From: a bacterium
GTDB lineage: Bacteria; JAMCPX01
DNA length: 41,544 bases
NCBI GenBank assembly: GCA_037439545.1
Contig: JBBIVV010000002.1
Location: forward strand, 66,559-108,102
Direction of reading: 5' to 3'
In this document: positions 18,425 to 28,227 of the stretch, piece after piece
How positions within the stretch are numbered: position 1 is the first letter of the stretch
Layout: each line of letters begins with the position of its first letter
Notes under the pieces: generated by a model
Told to the model about the DNA's origin: nothing
The model's input: only the letters and a program-made list of their open reading frames with translations
Databases searched by the model: none
Position numbers and translations under genes: made by a program

Positions 18425-20965
18425 ATGGCAAAACTGTCCGGGGAAATGAAATCCTTTAGAAGGATGGCCGTTTTATGTGCCTTGTTGAGTTTGCCGGTGA
18501 TATCTTCGGGATGTTCGCGGGACAGTATGTGCACATCATACAACTGGACTTTATCCGCACCAGGTATCAGCGTTCAAATCCAGGGCTGCCCTTACGGGTA
18601 TAAGGTGCTCGATGCTTCGAATAAAGTAGTATTGAGCACACCCGGTAATGTCTCACAGGACGGCTATGGTACGCTTGGATATGTGCAGGGCACGGTAAAA
18701 TGGAGCAGCATTGCTTCTCAGGGTTATTTCAGTTTTACCACGCAATTTGAGCCATGGCATGACCGGTGGAGTGTCGTCGGCTCGACACTCAAGGGAAACA
18801 CGGAGCTCGATGTCACACTCAAGGACAACGTAACCGGCAGAGTTGCCCATATTATCCATACTGTGCGGGACTCCACGCTCAGGGTCGAGGCGAGTATTGA
18901 TGGAGTTACTCCCCGGGCATGGGAGGCTTCATTCTCAAGTCCTTCTGATGAGGCGTTCCTCGGATTTGGCGAACGGTATAACAGAACTAACCAGCGCGGG
19001 ATGGACCTCTACTCATGGCCCGAAGAAGGTGGATTGAGTTATGGTGAGAATTCTATACCAGGTCCTACGAATCCTTTTCCGAACGGCGAAACCATGACCT
19101 ATTACCCTGTTCCATTTTTTATCTCCACAAAGGGCTATGGATTCTGGCTTGATTCCACATGGCGTAACGAGTTTAACCTCGACAGCCAGCGTCCCGATGA
19201 ATGGCGCGTATGGCACATAGGCCCCAGCCTTGCATACGAGATATATGTACCGCTGCAGGGAGACCAAAGGCCATGGCCTTATCAGCTTATTGATCTTTTC
19301 ACGAAGGCAACGGGAAGACCCATGATCCCGCCGGCATGGAGCTTTGGTCCACGCAGAAGGATAGACTCGAATTCTATGGTGAACGGGATGCCGGAGGTAC
19401 AGGCAATGCGCGGTCTCCACCTTCCGATCACCGTGGTTGATGACTCGGTGCATATACTGCCGCACGGCAGCGAGATCGGCCAGGAAGCAACACTTACGGC
19501 GTGGGTGCAGAGCATGGCACAGCTCGGGTGTTATGTGATAGCATACTATAACTCTTATTTTACGACCGACCCCTCGTCCCCGGTCTATCCGGACACCGAG
19601 ACCGGGATCCGGAACAACTGGTTTCTGAGGGACGCGAGCGGCAAGCTCATAACCGTATGGTTGATCAGCGGACAGCCGCAGACCGTATGTACGGTCGATT
19701 TTACCAACCCCACCGCGACCACCTGGTACCAGTCGTTCTTCAACCGTGCGCTCGATATCGGCTACATCGGATGGATGTATGATTTCGGGGAGTATGTGCA
19801 GCCGCAGACCATTGCCTACAACGGCATGACCGGAGAGGAGCTCCATAACCTGTACCCTGTATTGTACCAGAAAGCTGCATTCGATTATCTGGAGAATTCA
19901 TCCGTCAAAGGACAATGGTACACATTCGTACGCAGCGGGTATACCGGTGCATCACAGTGGTCTCCGATGGTATGGTCGGGAGATCCGGACGCATCATTCG
20001 GCAGTGCAATGGGCCTGCCGTCAACGGTCAGGGCAGGGATCAACATCGGAATATCAGGGGTTGCCAATTGGGGAAGCGACATCGGAGGATTCAAGTGCCT
20101 GGGTCCTGACGGCTCAGCTCTTGCTGACGGTGAACTCCTTACACGGTGGATAGAAGCCGGCTCAATGCAGTCCAATATGCACGATGAAAATGCATGTTCC
20201 GGCGGCACGAGCCCGAAGGCAACGATCTGGACTTCGACCGATGCACAGGCGGCATGGAAAACGTATGCGGAACTGCATACCCGTATGTTTCCGTACTTCT
20301 ATACGCTTGCTTATCAGGCGCATGAAACAGGCGCACCCGTGATCCGTCAAATGTTCCTTGAAAATCCGGACAGGCCTGACCTTGCGGATGTGGACGACAC
20401 CTATTATCTCGGGCCTGCCCTGCTTGTTGCTCCTGTCGTTATTCGCGGGGCAAGAACCCGGGATGTCATTCTGCCTTCAGGCTGGTACCTTGACTGGCAG
20501 GATCAAATTTTATTAAGCGGAGGAGGCACGGTTACCGTAAATGCACCCCTCGGAAAGCTTCCCCTGTTTTTAAGGGACGGATACCTTATACCGATGCTTG
20601 ACCCGTCGATAGACACGCTCATGAATGGCATCCATCCCGGAGTGCTCGGGCCGAATGACATCCCGCAGGTCTATGATGTAACAGGATTATTATCCACTCA
20701 AACTGCACAGGCGGACTTTACGTTCTGGGACAACAGTACCCTGAGCGTGACGTGGACAGGCGGATTCTCTGCCCCGCCATTCGCGCAGGCGGTCACGGAC
20801 ACGGACCTTGCGACCTGCGACCAGTGCTGGCTTGCCGGCACCATAAGTCCCCACCTGCTGCGGGTACGCATAACGAGTGCTGCATCCGACGTCGCGGCAG
20901 GCGGGCTGCACCTTAAAGCTGATGTAAACAGAAAGGTCCGCTGGGATCTTTACCTCGTTCAATAG
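18425..20965 (+). CDS. Glycoside hydrolase family 31, probably an exported lipoprotein
   Basis: GFGER, YYPVPFFIS, DFTNP, WMYDFGEY (nucleophile Asp), HNLYP, WSGD (acid/base Asp), GSDIGGF, LLVAPV. Signal peptide ends ISSGC; GGGAGG SD. Confidence 0.9.
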   Translation: MAKLSGEMKSFRRMAVLCALLSLPVISSGCSRDSMCTSYNWTLSAPGISVQIQGCPYGYKVLDASNKVVLSTPGNVSQDGYGTLGYVQGTVKWSSIASQGYFSFTTQFEPWHDRWSVVGSTLKGNTELDVTLKDNVTGRVAHIIHTVRDSTLRVEASIDGVTPRAWEASFSSPSDEAFLGFGERYNRTNQRGMDLYSWPEEGGLSYGENSIPGPTNPFPNGETMTYYPVPFFISTKGYGFWLDSTWRNEFNLDSQRPDEWRVWHIGPSLAYEIYVPLQGDQRPWPYQLIDLFTKATGRPMIPPAWSFGPRRRIDSNSMVNGMPEVQAMRGLHLPITVVDDSVHILPHGSEIGQEATLTAWVQSMAQLGCYVIAYYNSYFTTDPSSPVYPDTETGIRNNWFLRDASGKLITVWLISGQPQTVCTVDFTNPTATTWYQSFFNRALDIGYIGWMYDFGEYVQPQTIAYNGMTGEELHNLYPVLYQKAAFDYLENSSVKGQWYTFVRSGYTGASQWSPMVWSGDPDASFGSAMGLPSTVRAGINIGISGVANWGSDIGGFKCLGPDGSALADGELLTRWIEAGSMQSNMHDENACSGGTSPKATIWTSTDAQAAWKTYAELHTRMFPYFYTLAYQAHETGAPVIRQMFLENPDRPDLADVDDTYYLGPALLVAPVVIRGARTRDVILPSGWYLDWQDQILLSGGGTVTVNAPLGKLPLFLRDGYLIPMLDPSIDTLMNGIHPGVLGPNDIPQVYDVTGLLSTQTAQADFTFWDNSTLSVTWTGGFSAPPFAQAVTDTDLATCDQCWLAGTISPHLLRVRITSAASDVAAGGLHLKADVNRKVRWDLYLVQ

Positions 20966-21094
20966 CATCGAATATACCCCTCCTACAGTAGCCCCCTGTG
21001 AGAAAAGGCGTGCCCGCATGCACCTCTTGAAGTTTATTGTATAAATAATGTAAGATGTATTTTAAGGTAAGGAATAACGTGAATCGGAGGAACT

Positions 21095-21439
21095 ATGGAC
21101 TTTCCAAAAAACAAACTATTGAACTATAAAGATGGAAACGGCAATACCGTGCTCCATTTAGCAGTACTCGAAAGTTACGATAATTTTAAAAAAGTATTGT
21201 CCAGAGCAGAATGTGCCGAAGCCCGCTGTATCAATGCCCAGAATAAGGATGGCGATACTCCTCTGCACATGGCCATAAAAAATAACTTTTTAAACATCGT
21301 GAAAGATTTAATAGAAGCAGGTGCTAAAACGAATATTAAGAACAAGGCCGGATTGGACGCTTTAGGATTAGCCAGGAAAGAAGATCTGCCCGGCATGAGC
21401 GAGTATTTAGAGAGCGTCATGATCTCTATCTATGATTAA
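21095..21439 (+). CDS. Small ankyrin-repeat protein
   Basis: GNTVLHLAV, INAQNKDGDTPLHMAI, LIEAGA..NIKNKAG; GGAGG SD. Confidence 0.88.
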   Translation: MDFPKNKLLNYKDGNGNTVLHLAVLESYDNFKKVLSRAECAEARCINAQNKDGDTPLHMAIKNNFLNIVKDLIEAGAKTNIKNKAGLDALGLARKEDLPGMSEYLESVMISIYD

Positions 21440-21520
21440 CCCGAAAAATGCAACAGGGAAGTTTGCTCATTCGATCGGGGTACCCATCCGGGGGATGTGT
21501 CGTGCGATCCGCCACTTTTG

Positions 21521-21617
21521 AAATTCTAAATTCTAATATCTGAATTCTAAACAAGCCCAAAAATCTTAATCGCAAATGACCAAAACGGAAAAGCAAACTC
21601 CCGAATTTTTGTCATTT
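21521..21617. repeat. Degenerate heptamer tandem repeat with inverted arm
   Basis: AAATTCT AAATTCT AATATCT GAATTCT AAACAAG; AAATGACCAAAA (21574-21585) pairs with TTTTTGTCATTT (21606-21617) at 11 of 12 positions. Confidence 0.6.
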
Positions 21618-21670
21618 CCTGAGTTTCCCAATTAGTGCGGTTTTTTATCGAGGAGAATACCAAGGGCAGT

Positions 21671-21714
21671 ATCTCCTGTATCCCCCTCTTTGGAAAAGAG
21701 GGGATAGGGGAGAT
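21671..21714. repeat. REP-like hairpin, possibly a bidirectional terminator between convergent genes
   Basis: ATCTCCTGTATCCCCCTCTTTGGAAAAGAGGGGATAGGGGAGAT forms a long imperfect stem-loop followed by a T run. Confidence 0.7.
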
Positions 21715-21738
21715 TTTTATATTAAATCTGCCTCCATG

Positions 21739-22767
21739 TTAATTGGCTGAGTAATAGAGCAACCCGTCTTTTTCAAAGGTCTGCACCATGTCATGTTGTT
21801 CAAGCAGGTCCAGATGGCCTATTACCTCGGAAGCGGCAAGATAGACATCCATTTGACGCAGGTTCTTAAACAGCTTCATGACAATCTCATACGGCGTCAT
21901 GGGTTTTTGCTTTAATATGTCGTGTATTCGCATCATGCGCTTATAGTGAAAGGTAAGCAGGTTTTTTATAAGCGCCCTGTGGTCGTGAATTATTTCATAA
22001 TGACCCGGATATACGGTTTTAATATCCATATTGTACAGGATATCTATCGAAGAGATATACTCCACAAGGCTTTTTCGCCTTCCGCCGCCAAGCGCAAGAT
22101 CAAGAAGGGGGTTCGGGGAAAGTCTTGAAAGTAACGTGTCTCCGGACAGCATAAAGTCGTTTTCCCGGTCATAAAAACAAATAGATCCGCTCGTATGCCC
22201 GGGGGTTTGGATTACCTCGAGTGTTCCTCCATCGTAAGCTATGCGATCACCGTGCTGAATAAAGGATAAGTCGTCGAGTTTGTCTGCAAAGGCATCGAAG
22301 AATGCAGAAGTGTATTTCATCATCTCCAGGATTTCATCGGGTATGCCGTACTGTTTGAGATAAACCCCATACAACGTTTCATCATATTCATTATTTATAT
22401 TACTTTTTTCTTTTTCGTGAACGTATACCTTTTTCACGATCCCCTGTTTTATGAGTTGTGCGGCTGCGCCGAAATGGTCCACATGCCCGTGAGTCAGGTA
22501 GAGCGCATCGATATGCTTAATGCCGTTTGTGCTAAGATAAGAAAGCAGGATGGGGTAAGATTCCTCGCTCCGTATCCCTGTATCTATAAGTATAAGGTCC
22601 TTTTTCCCGACAAGATAGACGTTTATCTGTTGTACCTGCGGAAACGGCAAAGGAAGGACAATGCGGCGAACAAGCCCGCCTTCGTGTATCCTATTTTCCC
22701 GTGCTGCATCCTTATGCGGTTTCCGCTCATGAACCTGTTGTGAAGCATCTGATGTAGTGTTGTCCAT
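21739..22767 (-). CDS. MBL-fold metallo-hydrolase with C-terminal helical (winged-helix-like) domain
   Basis: LIDTG, THGHVDH, TPGHT, SGDTL, YPGH motifs. Confidence 0.88.
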   Translation of the reverse strand: MDNTTSDASQQVHERKPHKDAARENRIHEGGLVRRIVLPLPFPQVQQINVYLVGKKDLILIDTGIRSEESYPILLSYLSTNGIKHIDALYLTHGHVDHFGAAAQLIKQGIVKKVYVHEKEKSNINNEYDETLYGVYLKQYGIPDEILEMMKYTSAFFDAFADKLDDLSFIQHGDRIAYDGGTLEVIQTPGHTSGSICFYDRENDFMLSGDTLLSRLSPNPLLDLALGGGRRKSLVEYISSIDILYNMDIKTVYPGHYEIIHDHRALIKNLLTFHYKRMMRIHDILKQKPMTPYEIVMKLFKNLRQMDVYLAASEVIGHLDLLEQHDMVQTFEKDGLLYYSAN

Positions 22768-22769
22768 TA

Positions 22770-24563
22770 TTATTGTGCGTAAAGCTCCTCTATAATGTCT
22801 TTGTATTTCTCCATGACAACCCTTCTCTTGACCTTTAAGGTAGGAGTAAGCTCGCCTGTTTCCTGGGTGAATTCACCGGCCAGCACCTTTATCTTCTTAA
22901 TGGTCTCATACTTTGCAAGGGTTGCATTCGTCGCATCGACGGCGTTCTGAACGAGCTCTATGATTCTCGGATTTTCAACGAGCTCCTTTCTGTTTTTATA
23001 AACAATATTGTTCTGTCTGGCATATGCTTCAATTGCGTCGAATTTCGGAACGACAAGTGCGACACAGTAAGGTTTTTTATCGCCGATCATTGCGACCTGC
23101 TCGACATAACGGTTCATTTTGAGCATATTTTCAATGGGCTGAGGTGCAATATTTTTCCCTCCCGCTGTGACGATAAGGTCCTTCTTACGGTCGGTGATAT
23201 GGAGATAACCTTCGTTATCCAGAAACCCGATGTCACCGGTATGGAAGTACCCGTCCTTTTCTATGGCCTCTGCGGTTGCCTCGGGCTTTTTGAAATAACC
23301 CTTCATAATCATAGGCCCCCGTGCAAGGATCTCTCCGTCGGGTGCAATCTTTATCTCACAATTCGGTATGGGCTTGCCCGCTGTTCCGAATTTCATCTTG
23401 CCATAGGGATTAACGGTAAGCACGGGCGAGGTTTCTGTTAACCCGTAACCTTCTATTATCGTTACGTCAGCTGCATAGAAAAATTCGCCGAGCTCTTTAG
23501 AAAGCGGCGCACCTCCCGATACAAAAAACAACAGCCTTCCGCCGAGTATGGTTTTTATCTTGCTGAATACGAGCTTCTTGGCAATTGCATACTTCATTTT
23601 CAGGCCCATGGGCAAAGGCTTACCGGCAAGTTTGTAGGGCATTGTTTGTTTTCCCGTGTCGAGAGCCCAGTAGAATATCTTCTTCTTTGTGGGTGATCCG
23701 GCTTCAGCACCTTCGATGATCTTTCCATACATTTTTTCATAGACCCTCGGCACCGATACCATTGCATACGGTTTTATCTCAGCCATATTATCTACTATCT
23801 TATCGATGCTCTCTGCGTAGGCTATCGTTGCACCATAGAATAGCATCGCATAGTAACCGGCAGTCCGTTCGAATACATGGCTGAGCGGCAGGAATGACAG
23901 CACGATAAAGGTATCATTTATGGGAACATAAGTTGCAATATCTTCACAATTTGAAAGCATATTCTTATGGGTGAGCATTGCACCTTTAGGATCACCGGTT
24001 GTTCCGGATGTGTAGATTATCGTGATCAAGTCATCCGGCTGGGTTGCCTGATACCGCGTTTCGAGAATACCTTTATCTTTCGGAGTATTTCCCATCTTCT
24101 TCAGCTCGTCCAATGTTATGACGAAACCAGGAGCCGGATTGGTATCGATTTGATCGAGTATAATGACCTTTTTGAGTTTTGGCGTATTTGCCCTGATTTT
24201 CAAAACCTTTTCGAGCTGGAGCTTATTTGATACGAGTATATACTGCGCCTCTGCATCATTTATGATGTACTGGACCTGCTGCGATGTATTGGTTGCATAG
24301 ATAGGAACATTCACGCCGCCTGCACTTATAATGCCAAGGTCGGCATGCGCCCATTCAGGCCTGTTTTCGGAAAGCAGGCAAATTGTATCCTTCTGTTTTA
24401 AGCCGAGTTCTACCAAGCCAAAGCCTATCAGCTCTGCGGCCTCTTTCATCTGATTCCATGATATGTCCAGCCATTTGCCGTCTTTTTTGTAACGCTGAAC
24501 GACCCTGCCCCCGTATTTTTTTACCTGAGAAAAAAACATTTCAGGAATATTTTTATATTTCAT
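22770..24563 (-). CDS. fadD: Long-chain fatty acid--CoA ligase (AMP-forming)
   Basis: YTSGTTGDPKG, LPLSHVFER, EGYGLTE, FHTGDIG, DRKKDLI, TPTLKVKR motifs. Confidence 0.88.
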   Translation of the reverse strand: MKYKNIPEMFFSQVKKYGGRVVQRYKKDGKWLDISWNQMKEAAELIGFGLVELGLKQKDTICLLSENRPEWAHADLGIISAGGVNVPIYATNTSQQVQYIINDAEAQYILVSNKLQLEKVLKIRANTPKLKKVIILDQIDTNPAPGFVITLDELKKMGNTPKDKGILETRYQATQPDDLITIIYTSGTTGDPKGAMLTHKNMLSNCEDIATYVPINDTFIVLSFLPLSHVFERTAGYYAMLFYGATIAYAESIDKIVDNMAEIKPYAMVSVPRVYEKMYGKIIEGAEAGSPTKKKIFYWALDTGKQTMPYKLAGKPLPMGLKMKYAIAKKLVFSKIKTILGGRLLFFVSGGAPLSKELGEFFYAADVTIIEGYGLTETSPVLTVNPYGKMKFGTAGKPIPNCEIKIAPDGEILARGPMIMKGYFKKPEATAEAIEKDGYFHTGDIGFLDNEGYLHITDRKKDLIVTAGGKNIAPQPIENMLKMNRYVEQVAMIGDKKPYCVALVVPKFDAIEAYARQNNIVYKNRKELVENPRIIELVQNAVDATNATLAKYETIKKIKVLAGEFTQETGELTPTLKVKRRVVMEKYKDIIEELYAQ

Positions 24564-24688
24564 GTTTCTGCCTCCCTCATGTTTTATCTAATGAGAAACG
24601 GGTAGTAAGTCAATATTATTGAGAATTATACTGAATGATCTCGAAAAAACTTGTAAATTCTTTAAAAATATCTCACCATATAAACCGA

Positions 24689-26041
24689 ATGGACAACGAT
24701 AAATTAGACAGGATTGCCGGAGAGCTGTCGCACTTTGCGAAAGAGTACAGTGTTGAAGGATACGAGGCATATATATCTGAAACAGAAAAATTATCTATCT
24801 CTGTCGATGATGACAAGTTGATAGAGAAACTCCATGTTGATGAAGAATACGCAATAGCCGTCAGAATACTGAAAAACCAAAGGCTTGGCTTCTCGTTCAG
24901 TTTTAATCTTGCAGATAATGTTCTTGAAGAGGTGTTTAGAAGGGCAATCGACAGCAGTTCAGTTCTCGAGAAACAGGTATTTTCCTTTGTAGAAAGTCAG
25001 TCTGATAAAACAGCTCCGGACTCGTTTTATGATAAATCCATTGAAGCAATCTCAAACGGACAAAGGCTCGATATCCTGAACGTACTCGTCGATGCCGCAC
25101 ATAGAGATAAAAGAATAGTTCTGGTGGAAAAGCCTTCTTACGAAGAAGCGGTCTCCTCTATCAGTATAATAAATTCTTCGGGCGTATTGAAACGATACAG
25201 GGCAAGCAGGTTTGGGATCAGCCTTTCAGTGCTTGCAAAACAGGGAGATCAATCCCAGATGACCTGGGATTTTCAGGGGGCAAATGCATTCGCTGCACTC
25301 GATGCCCAAAAACTCGGAAAGAATTGTGCCGAACTCGCTCTGAAGACAATCGGCGGAGACAGGCTTTCGACAGGGTTCTATGATACGCTCTTTACCCCGC
25401 TTGTCGCTTCCCAGTTTTTGAGCGTCGTTGCACACTCATTCGCCGCGGATGCCGTGTATAAAAAAACATCCCTGCTTGCGGATAAACTTCATCAACAGAT
25501 CTTTCCGGACCACATAAATATCATCGATGACCCTTCTTTGAAGGAGGGGCTCGGTTCGGTGCCGTTCGATGCAGAAGGTTCGCCTGCTGCCGTAAAGCCT
25601 TTGATCCATAAAGGTATTGTAAATACTTTTCTTTATGATAAGCACTATGCAATGCTTATGAATTCCCAAACAACCGGCAGTGCGGTCAGGCAAACGGTCA
25701 CACAGCCGCCTTCCATAGGTGTTACCAATATCGTCCTCGATACAGACAAACCCTGTGAAAAGGATTTAAAGGAAGTGCTTTCCGATGGTCCCGTTATAAC
25801 CGAGGTTATGGGTATGCATACCGTTAACCCCGTAACGGGAGAATTTTCCCTTGGTGCAAGGGGCTACACCATAAAATCGGGTAACTTTTATGCACCGCTT
25901 AAGGATATAACGATTGCAGGAAACCTGTTCAGCCTTTTTAACAGCATCCAGCCCGCGGGCAGCGACCGGGTATTGTACGGACACATACTGACACCATCAC
26001 TCCTGATAAAACAATTAAAGGTTGCAGGGGCAGGCGGATGA
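24689..26041 (+). CDS. pmbA: TldD/PmbA family protein, non-catalytic PmbA/TldE type
   Basis: IIDDP...PFDAEG, NPVTGEFSLG, TIAGNL; no HExxxH. Start ATG 24689 preferred over 24635 (uncertain). Confidence 0.85.
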   Translation: MDNDKLDRIAGELSHFAKEYSVEGYEAYISETEKLSISVDDDKLIEKLHVDEEYAIAVRILKNQRLGFSFSFNLADNVLEEVFRRAIDSSSVLEKQVFSFVESQSDKTAPDSFYDKSIEAISNGQRLDILNVLVDAAHRDKRIVLVEKPSYEEAVSSISIINSSGVLKRYRASRFGISLSVLAKQGDQSQMTWDFQGANAFAALDAQKLGKNCAELALKTIGGDRLSTGFYDTLFTPLVASQFLSVVAHSFAADAVYKKTSLLADKLHQQIFPDHINIIDDPSLKEGLGSVPFDAEGSPAAVKPLIHKGIVNTFLYDKHYAMLMNSQTTGSAVRQTVTQPPSIGVTNIVLDTDKPCEKDLKEVLSDGPVITEVMGMHTVNPVTGEFSLGARGYTIKSGNFYAPLKDITIAGNLFSLFNSIQPAGSDRVLYGHILTPSLLIKQLKVAGAGG

Positions 26042-26751
26042 AGCTCGTATCTTTCGGTAAATCCAGCATTGGAATGAAACGTACGCACAACGAAGATGCA
26101 CTCTATCGCAACGACAGTTTAGGGCTCTACATAGTAGCAGATGGAATGGGCGGACACAAGGCCGGTGAGATAGCGAGCACTATGGCCATCGACGGTATAA
26201 AGAATTATTTGCTGAACCAAAAAAATATGAACGGCAAATCCCTCGTCGATGCCATATACGTTGCAAACAACATCATCTTTAAATCTGCCACTGCAAATAC
26301 GCAGTACGCGGGCATGGGAACGACGGTCGTGTCGATGCTGGTAACCGGTACAGGCATTTCTTTGTGTCATGTCGGAGATTCAAGGGCATATCTCCTGCGA
26401 GACGGTAAACTGATAAGGCTGACCGAAGACCACACCTATGTAAACGAGCAATTCAAGAGCGGGCTGCTTACAGAGAAGCAGATGGAAACCCATTCGATGA
26501 AGAATGTCCTTACAAGGTCTCTCGGGTTTTCAGAGCAATTAAAGGTCGAGTCGCAGAAGCTCGATCTCCATACATCCGACAGGTATATCCTGTGCTCCGA
26601 CGGGCTTACGCATATGGTCCCCGACGATGTGATAGCTGAACTGGCAAGTATGCCTGATGCCGTCCACGCAGTGTCGACCCTGATCGATGTTGCAAATACG
26701 AACGGCGGCGATGACAATATAACCGTTCTGGTCCTCGATGCGATTGAGTAG
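26038..26751 (+). CDS. PP2C-type Ser/Thr protein phosphatase (Stp1/PrpC-like)
   Basis: RTHNED, VADGMGGH, GMGTT, HVGDSRAY, LTEDH, LCSDGL, GGDDNIT motifs. Confidence 0.95.
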   Translation: MKLVSFGKSSIGMKRTHNEDALYRNDSLGLYIVADGMGGHKAGEIASTMAIDGIKNYLLNQKNMNGKSLVDAIYVANNIIFKSATANTQYAGMGTTVVSMLVTGTGISLCHVGDSRAYLLRDGKLIRLTEDHTYVNEQFKSGLLTEKQMETHSMKNVLTRSLGFSEQLKVESQKLDLHTSDRYILCSDGLTHMVPDDVIAELASMPDAVHAVSTLIDVANTNGGDDNITVLVLDAIE

Positions 26752-26784
26752 TATGTCGATATCAAAAAAGCATTTTTTTGATCC

Positions 26785-28227
26785 ATGAATATTGATCTTC
26801 ATACACACAAGACAAAGATTGTCTGCACCATTGGGCCTTCATCGAACTCTCCTGCCGTTATCGGCAGCCTCATAAAAGCAGGAATGAATGTTGCAAGGCT
26901 AAACCTGTCGCACGGAACAATTCCGGAACACATCGGGACATTGAAGCTTGTCAGGGCTATCGCCCGAAGATTGAATAAAACGGTCGGTATAATGGTTGAT
27001 TTGCCGGGACCGAAAATAAGGGTCGGTATCATAAAAAACACCCCTATGCTTTTGAAAAAGCATGATATCGTAACACTGGCAGAGGGCACCGAATCGAATG
27101 ACCGCAGGGTCATACCGGTCGATTACAAAGGCTTGACCAGATTCATTTCCGGGAACGGTATCATTTATCTGAACGACGGTTTTATTCAGCTAAAAGTTTT
27201 GAAAATACACGACGGCAGAATATCATGCAAGGTCATAATAGGCGGCACTCTCTTATCGCATAAGGGCTTGAATATACCAGGGGTAAGGCCCGGCATCAGT
27301 GCGGTGACGAACCGCGATCTGAATATTATCGATAAATTTTCAGACCATGGGGCCGACATATTCAACATATCGTTCGTGCAGGGAGCGGACGATGTAATAA
27401 AGGCCGGACGCCATGCGAAAAAAAGAGGCACGAGCCCGCTCATAATAGCAAAGATAGAACGCGGGGAAGCGGTCAGGCATATTGATTCTATACTCGATGC
27501 TGCCGACGGTATCATGGTCGCACGCGGAGATCTCGGTGTCGAGATACCCATTGAACAGGTCCCCGTTGTCCAGAAGATGCTCATACGCAAAGCGAACGAT
27601 AAAAACAAGATTGTGATTACGGCGACGCAGATGCTGCTTTCGATGACAGAGCACATAAGGCCCACGCGTGCCGAGGTAACGGACGTGGCGAATGCCATAT
27701 TGGACGGTACGGATGCAGTCATGCTGTCCGAAGAAACGGCAATGGGTGATTATCCCGTCGATGCCGTTAAAATGATGACGAGGATAGCCTCGATAACGGA
27801 GAGCAAAAGAAAAGAGTTCGGCTGTTCCTCCGGCATCGAAGCTCGAAAGATCGATGGGGTGCGGAAACATGATCTGTTTGAAGACAGAATAACTTTTGAT
27901 GTCAAGGGGACTATCGAAAGCATGCAGATAAGGATGGTAATAACCCATAATATCTCTGCCGGAACCGCGCACGGTATCTCACGATTCAAGCCTGATTGCT
28001 GGATTTTATGTGTCACGAACGACAGGAAATCCCTGCATCTGCTCAACCTGTCGTACGGTGTTTGCCCGATCCTGAAGTTAAAGGACACCCCTGCATGGAG
28101 AAAACAGATTCTCGAGCTCCTCCATAAAAACGGATTGCTCGAACAAGGGGACAGAATACTGCAAATCGAAGAATCTATTGACAAAAAAGGACGCTATTCG
28201 AACTCCCTGAACATCGTCACCGTATAG
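26785..28227 (+). CDS. pyk: Pyruvate kinase
   Basis: TKIVCTIGP, RLNLSHG, DLPGPKIR (Lys of the K+-independent type), AKIE, MVARGDLGVE, ATQML, DAVMLSEETA. Confidence 0.96.
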   Translation: MNIDLHTHKTKIVCTIGPSSNSPAVIGSLIKAGMNVARLNLSHGTIPEHIGTLKLVRAIARRLNKTVGIMVDLPGPKIRVGIIKNTPMLLKKHDIVTLAEGTESNDRRVIPVDYKGLTRFISGNGIIYLNDGFIQLKVLKIHDGRISCKVIIGGTLLSHKGLNIPGVRPGISAVTNRDLNIIDKFSDHGADIFNISFVQGADDVIKAGRHAKKRGTSPLIIAKIERGEAVRHIDSILDAADGIMVARGDLGVEIPIEQVPVVQKMLIRKANDKNKIVITATQMLLSMTEHIRPTRAEVTDVANAILDGTDAVMLSEETAMGDYPVDAVKMMTRIASITESKRKEFGCSSGIEARKIDGVRKHDLFEDRITFDVKGTIESMQIRMVITHNISAGTAHGISRFKPDCWILCVTNDRKSLHLLNLSYGVCPILKLKDTPAWRKQILELLHKNGLLEQGDRILQIEESIDKKGRYSNSLNIVTV

